This document shows positions 23,801 to 35,056 of a stretch of DNA of 64,000 nucleotides, in pieces. The DNA is taken from the NCBI GenBank assembly GCA_963737635.1, contig CAVTTL010000001.1, forward strand, positions 544,001 through 608,000, read 5' to 3'. Below the pieces are notes generated by a model. The model was not told where the DNA came from. It saw nothing but the letters and a program-made list of their open reading frames with translations, and did not search any database. How positions within the stretch are numbered: position 1 is the stretch's first letter; each line of letters starts with the position of its first letter. The position numbers were made by a program, and so were the translations under genes. The DNA comes from an uncultured Methanoregulaceae archaeon. GTDB lineage: Archaea > Halobacteriota > Methanomicrobia > Methanomicrobiales > Methanospirillaceae.

Positions 23801-24159
23801 CGCGGCTAACCTCCGGTCAGCTGGTTGGGATTTTTCCGGGGGATCTTATTCTGATGGGACATTCACTGATGCATTATACAATATACCGGTATTTATCTCT
23901 TAAGAAAAGGTAGTTATCGGAAGATCAACGACAGGACCCTCACCATCAGAAACTAAATGTTAATTTTCTTAAAACGTTTTTATATGATAGTAGTTGCAGT
24001 TTCATTTAAGACATCTGACAGGTTAGGTTAATTGGCCACTACGTAAAATACGGCATTTTTCTTGTGGAGTGAGTTCTCCGCAAAAACTGACTCTCTCTCT
24101 GCAATCATCCGCAGCGCATCTTATTCAATAAATTTATCAGCATCCTACAGTAACAGTCA

Positions 24160-24360
24160 ATGTGGTTCACTATGGCTGACCTGTTCACGGATCTGCTCAT
24201 CTACGTTGGTTTTGGGATCATCATGTTTGCTATCGGAATGATAATCGGGTACCAGCTCCTGACAATGCATTATTCGAAACGTTTTATGATCCTTGCAAAA
24301 GACTGTTCCGATGCTGATTCCGTGGTTCCACTCATTGACGAACTCGAACGTGAGGCTTAA
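24160..24360 (+). CDS. small single-TM hypothetical protein
   Basis: 66 aa; TM helix plus amphipathic tail; similar to the next ORF. Confidence 0.65.
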   Translation: MWFTMADLFTDLLIYVGFGIIMFAIGMIIGYQLLTMHYSKRFMILAKDCSDADSVVPLIDELEREA

Positions 24361-24372
24361 GGGTGGATTTGT

Positions 24373-24558
24373 ATGGTTGACATTTCAAGCTATTCCCTTA
24401 TCGGCGTCACCTGTCTCTGCTTCGGCCTTATTGTAAGTTTCCAGATCGCTCATATCAAGTATTGCCGAAAGCTGACGATCCTCGTCCGGCGCTCCATCTC
24501 TACAAAAACAATTGCCCCAGTACTTGCTGAATATGAAGCAAAAAAGGCAAAAAAATAG
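24373..24558 (+). CDS. small single-TM hypothetical protein (paralog of upstream ORF)
   Basis: 61 aa; GGTGG upstream; same layout. Confidence 0.65.
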   Translation: MVDISSYSLIGVTCLCFGLIVSFQIAHIKYCRKLTILVRRSISTKTIAPVLAEYEAKKAKK

Positions 24559-24635
24559 CACAAGTCTCTTTTTTCACCCTTCAGTATAGGAAAAGGAAAG
24601 CTGGTTAATACAATCACAACCCAATTTAGTAAGAC

Positions 24636-25424
24636 ATGCGGTGTACGATACTCGCGAGCGGGAGCAAAGGCAACTGCACGTATATCGCAGGTGATAACGG
24701 TGCTATCCTTATTGATGCGGGCTTAAGTGCAAAAGAGACCCTGTCCCGGATGCAGCAGAACGGATGTGCTGCCGATGTAATTGAAGCGATCATCGTGACC
24801 CATGAGCATACGGATCATATCAAGGGACTGGACGTACTTGCACGAAAGCTTGCCTGCCCCCTCTATGCCACCGGTGGCACGCTTGCAGATTTTTTTAATT
24901 GCAGGCGTACTTCAAATAAACCGATTCCGGCACACGCATGCAGGTATAACAATTCTTTCATTGCTGGAGGATTTTCGATCTTGCCGTTTGCGACTTCCCA
25001 TGATGCGGCGGAACCATGTGGATTTGTCGTAAAGGAGAAGGGGCACATGCTCGGGTACTGCACCGACACAGGTATAATCACCCTGCACATGCTCGATCTG
25101 CTCCGGCACTGTGATGCGGTTATTCTTGAAAGTAACCATTGCCCTGAGATGCTCGCACACGGGCCTTATCCCGAGTCACTGAAACGGCGGATACGCTCGG
25201 CCCGGGGACATCTTTCAAATCAGGCTGCCGCTGCAGCGCTTCAGTCTTGGGGAAAAGACGTATCTCAGATTATACTCTCCCACCTGAGCGAGATCAATAA
25301 TACACCTGAGCGAGCCCGGGCAAGTGCACGCGATGGGATGGGGCTCTTTTTTGATGAGAAAAACCTGATCGTGGCGACGCAGGGGGGTTCGTCCCCGGCG
25401 TTACCTCAGGAAATTCGGTTATAA
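24636..25424 (+). CDS. MBL-fold metallo-hydrolase, YycJ/WalJ-like
   Basis: LASGSKGN, THEHTDH, SHDAAEP, ESNH, GHLSN, HLSEINN. Confidence 0.9.
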   Translation: MRCTILASGSKGNCTYIAGDNGAILIDAGLSAKETLSRMQQNGCAADVIEAIIVTHEHTDHIKGLDVLARKLACPLYATGGTLADFFNCRRTSNKPIPAHACRYNNSFIAGGFSILPFATSHDAAEPCGFVVKEKGHMLGYCTDTGIITLHMLDLLRHCDAVILESNHCPEMLAHGPYPESLKRRIRSARGHLSNQAAAAALQSWGKDVSQIILSHLSEINNTPERARASARDGMGLFFDEKNLIVATQGGSSPALPQEIRL

Positions 25425-26508
25425 TCTTTTATGATCTGATGCCTGTGCAATAGACTCCTCAAGTTCCTTGAACCCATACGGTTTGATGAGGGCGGCGGCA
25501 AATCCACTGGTCGCAAAACTGATCAGCAGGGGATGAGTGGCATATCCACTCGAAATAATTGCCCGCACCTCGGGATCAATCTCCCGGAGCAGGGGCAGGG
25601 CTTCCTCTGCACCGATCCCACCCGGCACGGTAATATCGAGAATAACGGCATCAAACGGTAGCGCCTCGGATTGTGCTTTTCTGTAAAACTCGATTGCTTC
25701 ATCTCCACTTTTGGCAGTGGTAACTTTATGACCCAGAAACGAGAGCATATCGCTTGTGGCCGAGAGGATTGCATCCTCGTCATCCATCAGGAGGATCCGG
25801 CATCCCGTCGCGGCGGTACCTTCCTTTCGATTGGCGGTTCTGTGCGGGGCCATTTTCGGGACCTGAACCTCTTGAATTGCACCGGCTATTTTCTCAGGGC
25901 CTTCTGATCTCATAAGCAGTCTGATGGGACTGATCTCGGGCTCGCAGCACACTTTTCTCGGCGTCATCCAAGCGCCGGCAGAAGTCTTCTTCATAAAGAG
26001 ATGACCGACGTGCCAGTTGGATATTGGCAAGCGCTGAGTCAGCGAGTTATTAATGTCGTGGGCAACCTTTCGTTCCTCCGGGCCTGAGTAGATCCTTTTC
26101 CTGCCATCGGATCCCCTGTTTCCTTGTTCAAGAGAGTGCCGGTAAACCGCTGCCTCAACTACCTGCTTGAACAGCTCGGTGGCCAAACGGTTGGACCAGA
26201 AAACCGTAAGGAAGATCTGAGTTATGGCTCATGATCGGGAGATCATTATCAGTATCAGCGACAAAGACAACCGGAATGCCTCCATCTGTCTGTATTCTCT
26301 CTAACGCCTCAGTTATTTCTCCGATCCCGCCAAGATGCGTTTCCATCAGCACAAGATTTGGGTGCCGGGACTCAGCCAGTGCAATGGACTCATTTACTGA
26401 ATACGCCTGTGCCACTGCCTGGTATCCAGCAGATTCTACCCGGGCCGCAAGCTCATCGGAAACTGCCGCTTCACGTGCGGCGATAAGAACCTTCACCCTT
26501 GTCATCAA
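25419..26508 (-). CDS. REC-HisKA-REC signalling protein lacking HATPase (frameshifts near 26180, 26035, 25920)
   Basis: N-terminal receiver; AHDINNSLT H-box plus frame-shifted ALANIQLARR..RLDDAEKSVLRARDQSHQLL; C-terminal receiver LLMDDE..ILDITVPGG..KPY. Confidence 0.75.
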
Positions 26509-26575
26509 GAATCCTCCTGAAATCCTTTACAACCTTTTCTGTCCTTAAGTGCACCCGATATTGTCGATTGTGCCA

Positions 26576-27766
26576 TTATAACGCCTCAATTTTAAGTAGT
26601 TTCACACAGTACTGGTCGATGGCATCGAAGATTGCCTTTTTTGACCGTTTGACTTTTCGTGCATCCTCAGAATAAAAATCGTGCGCTACATACTCAAGCA
26701 GAGTTACAAAAAAGTGTTGAGGTCCGAAGCGTTTTTTGATCTCATCCATGCATGCAGCCGCATCGGCCTGTTTACCGCTCGTTACCTCAAATGAATAGTC
26801 CAACAGGAGAAGCGCCTGGAGCGGAACGTTTTTTCCTGCGGCGAGTTTCCTGAACCGGAAATACGTATCTATGCGGCTGGTGATAATCGAGAGTTTGAGA
26901 CCATAGTAGACCGGCTCGATCTCATCAGGATATTGCTGGGTCATCTGCTTGACGACCCCGGCAACGCCGGCGTCCCGGTTCTCGAGCTTAAGTTTGTAGA
27001 GCTCGCGCAGGAAGAACATATCATTATAGAACCGCTCGATTGCGATATTGAGAAGTTCTTCTTTAAGGTCGCGTCTTCCATCACGCGATGCTTTTTCGAT
27101 CCCGATGCGGAGGAACTCCCGCTCACTGGGGAACCAGTCGATCGCCTGCTTGATCATGAACCAGAAGATCTTGTTAATCCTTGGATCCTCGGCGATCTCA
27201 AGATCCTGAAGCCGGTTTATCGGCGGGTTGAGCCGGACAAGCTCGATCATCTGTTCCCGTGCGGCAAGCGACATATCTTTGAGACGCTGGTGCTCACCAC
27301 TTCTCTCGACGGGAGTCTGCTGTGTGGATAAGACGAAATAACAGTACGCAATCGCGGGGCAGATAATGACATCCACAGACCGGTACTTCCTGAGCTGCTC
27401 AGCACCTTCTGCATATTTCCCGGTGTTGATCATCTTCATGCCAAGGAGAATATCGTAAACTGCACGGTTACGGTTCCCGCGCTTGTTGCGCATAGCATAA
27501 TCAAAGAGTTTCTCGACAAAAGGGATGTCTTCTGACCGTTTCGATGCATCAAGAACGGCAAAAGCCATCGCATCTATGAATTGGTCAAAGAGCTCATCGC
27601 TTATTCCAGCGAGAGATTTATCAAGGGATGCGATAACCTGGCCGAAAAAAACCGGGAGATTAGCATCTATTTTTTCACTGTTGACACTTATATAATCGAC
27701 AAATTCCTTTTTAAGACGTTCCAGTCTCTGCCGGACAACGGCTTCGGGCTGCCATTCGTCACCCAT
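26576..27766 (-). CDS. hypothetical alpha-helical (TPR-like) protein
   Basis: 396 aa intact ORF with helical composition and no recognised motif. Confidence 0.75.
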   Translation of the reverse strand: MGDEWQPEAVVRQRLERLKKEFVDYISVNSEKIDANLPVFFGQVIASLDKSLAGISDELFDQFIDAMAFAVLDASKRSEDIPFVEKLFDYAMRNKRGNRNRAVYDILLGMKMINTGKYAEGAEQLRKYRSVDVIICPAIAYCYFVLSTQQTPVERSGEHQRLKDMSLAAREQMIELVRLNPPINRLQDLEIAEDPRINKIFWFMIKQAIDWFPSEREFLRIGIEKASRDGRRDLKEELLNIAIERFYNDMFFLRELYKLKLENRDAGVAGVVKQMTQQYPDEIEPVYYGLKLSIITSRIDTYFRFRKLAAGKNVPLQALLLLDYSFEVTSGKQADAAACMDEIKKRFGPQHFFVTLLEYVAHDFYSEDARKVKRSKKAIFDAIDQYCVKLLKIEAL

Positions 27767-27927
27767 AAGAATATTTCACTATCTCCTTTGTATGAATTAT
27801 CGACAGGAAATTAAAAATACTTTTACATTTGCAACGGAGCGCAAAAAAAAGGTATTCGTGATTCACACGATGCAAAATACAGTAAAATGTTAATGCTCAG
27901 GTCGCTAACGCACACAACAGATACCAT

Positions 27928-29580
27928 ATGCTATTCTCAGAATTCTCACGGTGCTGCGAAGAGATCGAGCATCTCACCGGCCGCCTTGAAATAACCGATG
28001 TGATCAGCAAGGTGCTGCCGGGGCTATCATCCGGGGAACTCCCGGTTTTTGTCCGGTTCATTATGGGGAGGATCTTTCCCGATTGGAGTGCCCAGAAACT
28101 CGGCATCGGCCCGAACCTTCTTTATGAGTCTATAGGATATGTCGCCGGTATACAGAAAGACCGTGTAATTGAGAGGATCAATAAACAAGGAGACGTCGGA
28201 AAAGCAGTTGAAGAGCTTCTGTCGAAAAAGTCACAGATATCGTTATCCTCCCAAGATCTCGACATTGTCGACGTTTATAATAAGCTCATCGCTATAGCGG
28301 CCCGGGGCGGGGCCACCTCCCAGAAAGAGAAAGTGCGTATGGTAAAACAGCTGCTCGGAGATGCCAGCCCTCTTGAAGGACGGTACCTCACCAGGATCAT
28401 GCTTGAAGAGCTCCGTATAGGTGTAGGTGAAGGGACCGTCCGTGATGCAATTGCAAAGGCTTTCTCTGTCAAGCCGGCGCTTGTCGACCACGCAATGCAG
28501 GCTATTAATGATCTGGGTGAAGTAGCACGGCTCGCGAAATTGGGGCCAGCAGCCCTTCAAGATGTTCACATCACGCTTTTCCATCCGGTGCGGATGATGC
28601 TCGCCCAGCAGGGCACCATTGCCGGAATGGTGGAAGATCATGGAGATGTGGCAGCGGAGTTCAAATACGACGGATCGAGGTTCCAGTTTCACAAGGAAGG
28701 TGGGAGGGCCATGATGTACTCGCGCCGGCTTGAAGATGTAAGTGCAGCCCTTCCCGATGTGATTGCTCTCCTGCAATCTGCAACAACCCACGATCTGATC
28801 CTTGACGGGGAAGTAATTGCAATTAAAGATGGCAAGCCTATGCCGTTCCAGTCTGTTTTAAGGAGATTCCGGCGCAGGCATAATGTGGCAGGAGCGCAGG
28901 AGGAGATCAGGATGGAGCCTATTGTTTTCGATATTCTTTATCTTGATGGCAGGACCCTGATCGATCTTCCATTCATTGAACGGCGTAAGATCCTTATGGA
29001 GGTAGTAACGCAATATCTTGCACCGCAGGTGGTAAGTGCAAATACGCAGGTCATCGAACAAACATATCATGAGGCACTTGCCGCTGGGCACGAGGGAATT
29101 ATGCTCAAGGTGCCAGGTTCGCCTTATACCCCGGGCCAGCGGGGAAAGAACTGGATTAAGATCAAGCCGGAAGTGGACACGCTCGACCTCGCTGTCATAG
29201 GCGCGGAATGGGGTGAGGGGAAACGTGCACATGTATTTGGCTCGTTTTTAGTCGCCTGTCAGGACCAGGGAAAACTTATCCCGCTGTCCCGGGTGGCGAC
29301 TGGCTTCTCCGATGAGCAGCTCGGAGAGGTTTACGATCTTCTTAAGGATACCATCATCTCTAGCGCGGGAAAAGAGGTGCGCTTCGAGCCGGGACTGGTC
29401 TTTGAAGTCGGGTATGCGGAACTTCAGGTCAGCCCCACCTACGAGGCAGGATTTGCCCTCAGATTCCCCCGGTTCATACGAATCAGGGACGACAAAGACA
29501 CGACCGAAGTTGAAACTCTTGAAAGCTTGAAAGATCGGTACCGCCTTCAATCGAAATCAGCACAGGCTTATACGGGATAA
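27928..29580 (+). CDS. lig: ATP-dependent DNA ligase
   Basis: [38 protein letters not shown]. Confidence 0.97.
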   Translation: MLFSEFSRCCEEIEHLTGRLEITDVISKVLPGLSSGELPVFVRFIMGRIFPDWSAQKLGIGPNLLYESIGYVAGIQKDRVIERINKQGDVGKAVEELLSKKSQISLSSQDLDIVDVYNKLIAIAARGGATSQKEKVRMVKQLLGDASPLEGRYLTRIMLEELRIGVGEGTVRDAIAKAFSVKPALVDHAMQAINDLGEVARLAKLGPAALQDVHITLFHPVRMMLAQQGTIAGMVEDHGDVAAEFKYDGSRFQFHKEGGRAMMYSRRLEDVSAALPDVIALLQSATTHDLILDGEVIAIKDGKPMPFQSVLRRFRRRHNVAGAQEEIRMEPIVFDILYLDGRTLIDLPFIERRKILMEVVTQYLAPQVVSANTQVIEQTYHEALAAGHEGIMLKVPGSPYTPGQRGKNWIKIKPEVDTLDLAVIGAEWGEGKRAHVFGSFLVACQDQGKLIPLSRVATGFSDEQLGEVYDLLKDTIISSAGKEVRFEPGLVFEVGYAELQVSPTYEAGFALRFPRFIRIRDDKDTTEVETLESLKDRYRLQSKSAQAYTG

Positions 29581-29584
29581 TTGA

Positions 29585-30727
29585 TCAGAACGAGAAAAGT
29601 CGACGCTGGGTGCGCATCTCAGGGATGAGCTTGCTGTGTTGCTGCCAATAGTCAAACCCAATTCTCTCGGAGGCGGAAGTCACAGCAGCATCCAGTGATT
29701 CACTTATGACCGGGGGAGTGGCCATAGCCTTCCTTGCTGCCTCCCGTATCACCCAGGTCCCGAGTGGCGCCCAGTACGCCCCGGACACATGGCGCAACAC
29801 GACAACCCGGGCTGATCTCCGGATACATGCAAGGTATTCACACACCGCAAGCCGGGCTGAATAGTATGCACCGGCAATGGGGGAATATCCTTGTTTTTTT
29901 ATCCCCTCGCTATCCTGCACAATTGCTTCCGTATTACCGGCCCAGAGTGTCTGTTTCCCCCAGATCTCGATCATCTCATATTTCCAATCACCCGGGACAA
30001 GGATGCAGACAATACGATTTGCAAAAATTTCCCCGGTAAAAACCCGGTATTCTTCGATGGGTGGGAATCGTGCGATCTCTTTTTTTAATGCTGTGGAGAC
30101 CGTATCATCGACCGCTGTGATAGCCCAGCGGGTGGGGACAAAGCGCCTGTATCGACCCAAGAGACCTGAAGCCATGAGTTTTGTGATATCGTAGACGTCA
30201 GTTCCCTCGCGGGACAGTTCAATGCAGGCTTCATTCGCCCCGAGATCAGTATCCGAGGTGACCCTGTCAACGAGACGTTCGACGCGGGCACTGCCAACTA
30301 CATCGAGCCGCCGGACCTCTCCAGAAAACCCCACCGGCGCCACTGTCCCATCAAAAGTCATCCCGAACGAGACCGGGCGTGAAAATACAACGTCTACATC
30401 AAGCGGTTTTGATGAGAGGGCAATCTCATGCAGGCCACCGGTGAATTGCCGTACCGGGGATTTTCCACGGATAGTCTGAGCACGAATGGCCACAATGTCA
30501 TCGATCCCAAGATTTCGATTCAGCCAATCCGGAGGATGATCGCTATCCTCGATAAGCAGCGGGCCACCCTGAACATCCGGATACCCGAAGCTGCCGATAA
30601 AGACCGACGGGGCGCTACCCTGATAACTGGCAAGGGGTTTAATCTTTACCTGAGCGAGGAACCTGCTGGTGACAGGACACTGCGGTAGACCGCACATCCC
30701 TTTTCCCTTGCACCGGATACACTGCAT
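29585..30727 (-). CDS. nreA: Nre-family DNA repair protein
   Basis: CIRCKG..CG...CP, PSVFIG..GYP, VPTRWAITAVD, C-terminal PIP-like QRRLFSF. Confidence 0.9.
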   Translation of the reverse strand: MQCIRCKGKGMCGLPQCPVTSRFLAQVKIKPLASYQGSAPSVFIGSFGYPDVQGGPLLIEDSDHPPDWLNRNLGIDDIVAIRAQTIRGKSPVRQFTGGLHEIALSSKPLDVDVVFSRPVSFGMTFDGTVAPVGFSGEVRRLDVVGSARVERLVDRVTSDTDLGANEACIELSREGTDVYDITKLMASGLLGRYRRFVPTRWAITAVDDTVSTALKKEIARFPPIEEYRVFTGEIFANRIVCILVPGDWKYEMIEIWGKQTLWAGNTEAIVQDSEGIKKQGYSPIAGAYYSARLAVCEYLACIRRSARVVVLRHVSGAYWAPLGTWVIREAARKAMATPPVISESLDAAVTSASERIGFDYWQQHSKLIPEMRTQRRLFSF

Positions 30728-30744
30728 CTAACCTCCCTTAACCC

Positions 30745-31023
30745 TTAACGCTGGATACCCGTCGCCCTGAAAACACCGTTCTTCTCATCGCAGAACGAGA
30801 TCCTCCATCCCACATCGAATCTTGCCCCGCACTCAGGACAGATAAGGATCACCCGGTAGAGATTCCCGGTAGATTTCACCGGACTATCCTTTCCTTCTTT
30901 CGTGGCATTGATGCTGACATAGGAGATATGAAACCCGTACTCATACCCGCACGACAGGCAGACATGCAGTTCCTCCCCCGGCTTTATTGATTTGATCTCC
31001 TCAGAAATTCCCATACTCTTCAC
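30745..31023 (-). CDS. small zinc-ribbon protein
   Basis: CLSCGY..GFH and ICPECGARFDVGW. Confidence 0.75.
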   Translation of the reverse strand: MKSMGISEEIKSIKPGEELHVCLSCGYEYGFHISYVSINATKEGKDSPVKSTGNLYRVILICPECGARFDVGWRISFCDEKNGVFRATGIQR

Positions 31024-32195
31024 CGCTCGCCTTGTTTAGGGAATGTATCTTTACCCTCTTCTTTGGCCGTACCGCGGGCAATCGATTCAATGATCGCGGC
31101 GGCATTCTTTCTCCCATTCACTGTTGCGAGATCACTGCCGGAAATTTGTGGGACAAGCGCAAGTGTTTCTGCAATTTTCTGTTCGAGAATCTCCGCCGTA
31201 GCGGTCCGGCCGTCAACAACAGTTCCTGCACCTATATCAACGATTTTTTTTGCATTGTTTTGTTGCTCGGGGTGACCTGGATCCATGATGATGAGGACCG
31301 GTTTGGTAAAGAGTAATGCTTCATGCAAGGTAGTCAGCCCCCCATGCACTATGGCAATCCGTGCTTCAGCAAGATGCTCATAAAGATTAGGCACGTATCC
31401 ATGGGAAAGGTAATTATCTGAAGATTCCGGAAGAATGGCGCCGGTATAGAATACGTCAAAAACCAGATCCTTTCTTTTGTCGGCGATTGTCCTGAGCAAC
31501 GTGTAGAGCGGAAGCTTGTAGGGTTCGCCACCAAAACTGGTAAAGATTGTTTTTTGCCCGAAGTGATACCGGGAGGGATCCACCTCCAGAAACGGTCCGG
31601 TAAAATGATAGTGGTTTCTTTCCCGTTCAGGGATGAAAAGGTTATATTCGCTTACAGTCAGGGGGGCGGGGTAATCGGGTATGATAACTGTATCGGCGAG
31701 CTTAAGGTACCTCCGGATCAAAACGTTGAGGATACTCCAGACCGGGTTCTTTTTACCTCCTGGTCCACTGAACCGATTCTGATTGGTAATAAAGACAACC
31801 GGAACCTTCTGGAGACGTGCCGCAACAACCCCTCCATACATCGTATCGCAAACCACACAGTCAATCTGGAGGTCCCGGATCAGCCGCCGGACACGAAGCC
31901 CGGATCGGATCATATTAAATGTAATCCATCGCGAACACCAGAGGGTTTTTTTCAGGGAGAAAAAACCGTTCTCCCCTTCGAGGCATACTTCACGCTTGCC
32001 CCGATAAACTGCGGTGCATCCGTGGTCGTGGAGAAAGTCATAAGATTTCCCGTATGCGAGAAAATTAACTGAATGTCCCTGCTGTTCCAGATAATGGCCG
32101 AGGTGGATACACCGGGAAGAGTGCCCCAACCCTTCACCGCATACGACAAATAATATTTGCATTTTTTGTTCCTCCTCAACGGGAGCCGGCTTCAT
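31020..32195 (-). CDS. GT-B glycosyltransferase, MJ1255/GT28-like
   Basis: CGEGLGHSSR, TSFGG, HGGLTTLHEAL, HPEQQNNA. Confidence 0.88.
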   Translation of the reverse strand: MKPAPVEEEQKMQILFVVCGEGLGHSSRCIHLGHYLEQQGHSVNFLAYGKSYDFLHDHGCTAVYRGKREVCLEGENGFFSLKKTLWCSRWITFNMIRSGLRVRRLIRDLQIDCVVCDTMYGGVVAARLQKVPVVFITNQNRFSGPGGKKNPVWSILNVLIRRYLKLADTVIIPDYPAPLTVSEYNLFIPERERNHYHFTGPFLEVDPSRYHFGQKTIFTSFGGEPYKLPLYTLLRTIADKRKDLVFDVFYTGAILPESSDNYLSHGYVPNLYEHLAEARIAIVHGGLTTLHEALLFTKPVLIIMDPGHPEQQNNAKKIVDIGAGTVVDGRTATAEILEQKIAETLALVPQISGSDLATVNGRKNAAAIIESIARGTAKEEGKDTFPKQGER

Positions 32196-32523
32196 AGCAC
32201 AAGATCCGTGCACTGAACTGTAGCAAATTTAATCTCCCGCCAAATCCTGCCGATAATCTCCGGCATATCTTTCGCAGAAAATGGTGCGTTGTTATCGATT
32301 AAGATGGTTGCCTTCGCGGTAAGGGGCTAATTCAGTTAACAGTCAACGAAAGTGCTCGAACGCTCCGGCCGGTTCAAAAGAACCGTGGTTATCGGGATCG
32401 TTCCTCGCTCTGTGTTCTGGTAGGCCAAGAAGTATCATCATAGGTATTACATGGTGCGTCTGAACAGGCCGCCGGCGCACATAAATAGAGAAATAACACA
32501 GAATAACCAAGTACTACTACCCG

Positions 32524-33811
32524 ATGACCATGAGAGATCCGAAGACAAACCGGGGCATCTCTGAGATTGCGGCTGAGATCCTGATCATCATCCTCGTAAT
32601 CCTGATTGCCTCAATTGCCTATACTGCTTTTACCGGCGCACTCAATCCCTTGTTCACCAAAAAGAGCGTCTATGTTGGGGGAAGTGCCGGTATAGATACT
32701 CTCCCTCAGCCCGGGGGCATTGCAGATGATGTACTGACGTTCCTGCCAAAAGCAGGAGATCCCTTCTATTTGACCGGGCAGACCTCTGGGGCGACTGGCA
32801 CTCAGGTCACCCTGAAAGCGATCGGCCCTACAGGGCAGGTGCTATACCCGGATGCGAGCACCTTAAACGGGACACTGTACGGCAAAACGCTCTATATCTA
32901 CCCGAATAATACACCGTCATCCACGCAATGCAATTACGCAATATCCCAGAATCCCCCGACCGGGACGCTCCGGCCCATGACCCTTGGCACCTGGACCATC
33001 CAGATGATCGACCAGAACGTGCATGTCATTGCAGGATCCTATACAGAGCGGGTGAAGAACGGTGCCACATCCCTGCCGGTAGCAGGTGGGTTTCTTGGCA
33101 ACGGGACCGGCCAATTCTATGATGTAAACTGTAATCCCGTTACCGAAAGTGTCAACGGTAACCTTGCCACCACGGCAACCGGGCCCGGGAATATGAGTAC
33201 CACTTATTTTAATGGCCAATCATCTATCACAATCCCGGACTCAACCGGATTGAACTTTACCGGGGATATGTCCATCTCCATGTGGTTCGACCCAAGTGAG
33301 GCTATCGCTAATACGTGGGGGGATGCGAGTGGTACTGGCTGGCAACAGCTTATCGGGAAAGGTGTAACCAACAGCGCCGGGAGCAGCTCATCCAATGAGA
33401 ACGACAATTACCAGATTTTCCAACTGGGAAACAGGTTATTATTTGAATGGAACGACGCTGTCACCGGTCAGCATTACCAAGCGATTACCACCACAACTCC
33501 TATTCAGGCAAACCAGTGGAATTACGTGACCGCTACCGTTTCCGGTGGCCAGCTGGCAATTTACGATGATGGTGTCTCCCAGCCCCTTGCTTATGATAAC
33601 AGCAATGTACCCTATAGTAACCCAGTGACCGGATCAGTGACGGTAAAGCTCGAGAACAACAATAACAATGTAAATGTAGGTGAGCAGAACTACGTATCGA
33701 ATCCAAGCGACGCATTCTACTATAATGGGTATATAGGATCTGTCTGCGCTTTACAACCGGGCCCTCACCTCACAGGAAATCGCTAATAATTACGCCGGCG
33801 ATACGGCATAG
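32524..33811 (+). CDS. type IV pilin-like protein with C-terminal LamG domain (frameshift near 33745)
   Basis: Class III signal KTNRG/ISEIAAEILIIILV; LamG motifs SISMW, NQWNYVTAT, IYDDG, YNRALTSQEI. Confidence 0.82.
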
Positions 33812-33899
33812 TGGAAACAATTTCCTTTTTAAGCAGCATTTCCGATCAAGAGGAAACATACCGGAAAACAGATATTACCGGGGATTCCTATTCTGACCT

Positions 33900-34169
33900 A
33901 TGGATGTCACCCAATTCATCACTATTTTCATCATCCTTTTTGAGTGCGCGATTGCGGTGCTCGCAATACTGATCGCGACCCGGCACAACAGGGGATACGG
34001 CTGGCTTATTGCCATAGCATTTTCGCTTTTTGCTCTTTTCGACGCAGTTCGCATCTTTTATCCGTCCGGGTTTCCCCGTTTGAATTCGGTCATCCTGCTT
34101 GTCGCTTGTGCATCGATGCTTTATGCAGTCTGGTTGCTTTATGCAGATACCGGGAAAAGCGGTGGATGA
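33900..34169 (+). CDS. small 3-TM membrane protein
   Basis: Hydrophobic 89 aa with YGWLIAIAF motif. Confidence 0.7.
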   Translation: MDVTQFITIFIILFECAIAVLAILIATRHNRGYGWLIAIAFSLFALFDAVRIFYPSGFPRLNSVILLVACASMLYAVWLLYADTGKSGG

Positions 34170-34387
34170 GGGGAATCTGCTCAGTAAAGGAGCGTTGCAT
34201 TTCCGTACTGGCGGTCTGCAGGATTACAGATTGTATTCTTTTACTTTACATAAGGATTCACTAAAAAATCGCCTGGTGTTATAGATTTTCCGGGAGGATC
34301 CGTATTTTCGGGCCAGTAAATGTTAACCTACGACGGTCAATGGGCGGCATAAAAACGACACAAGAAAGCATTACTACTAAAAGGAGA

Positions 34388-34461
34388 TGGGCCCGCTGAG
34401 ATTCGAACTCAGGACCTCCGCCATGTCAAGGCGACGTCATAGCCAACTAGACCACGAGCCC
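34388..34461 (-). tRNA. tRNA-Val(GAC)
   Basis: Reverse complement GGGCTCGTGGTCTAGTTGG..TCGCC-TTGACAT-GGCGG..GTTCGAATC..GGGCCC folds as a cloverleaf. Confidence 0.96.
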
Positions 34462-34604
34462 GCGTCGGTCTGATGCTCTATAACATCTGTCATCCTATTA
34501 TTAAAAAATAGTGTACCCATACCTGAAATATACACAAAAGGCATTCGAGCCGGTTATTTCAGTTAATTTATCATGCCGTATCCTAAAGAGACAATGTATA
34601 TTTT

Positions 34605-34949
34605 ATGACCGAAGGGACAACACCGGCAACAAACCAGCTCTTTACCTATGTACACGATGCAGGTCGTCTTGAGCTGCTCATCCGCATCGTCTATTGGTTC
34701 CTGATTGGGATCGTGGCATTCGTCTACAGTATTCTCGCCACAATCTGTCTGATCATCCAATGGTTCCATATCCTGATTTTCGGCAGGAGGCATCAAGGAC
34801 TCTCGGACTTCGCAAAGGGTTATCTTGAGTACCTGGTTCACGTGATGGAATATACGTACATCATGAGTGACAGACGGCCAAATATTCTGCCGGTGTCGGT
34901 CAGGATATATGAAGAAGAAGTGCAAAACCCAAATCAGCTAGTGAAATAA
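34605..34949 (+). CDS. DUF4389-like membrane protein
   Basis: RLELLIR..QWFHILIFGRRHQGL..SDRRP. Confidence 0.75.
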   Translation: MTEGTTPATNQLFTYVHDAGRLELLIRIVYWFLIGIVAFVYSILATICLIIQWFHILIFGRRHQGLSDFAKGYLEYLVHVMEYTYIMSDRRPNILPVSVRIYEEEVQNPNQLVK

Positions 34950-35056
34950 GGGATTCTTCTCTCTTTTTTTTCATACAGTGCATGCATTGCTCTAACGAAG
35001 CTTGACATGCACATAATATTGTGCAAAAAGATACATTCGGTAAAAGATGAGAGAGA

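Noticed and set aside
34388-34461. tRNA-Val as an integration site
   Set aside because: No duplicated 3' end or adjacent integrase seen
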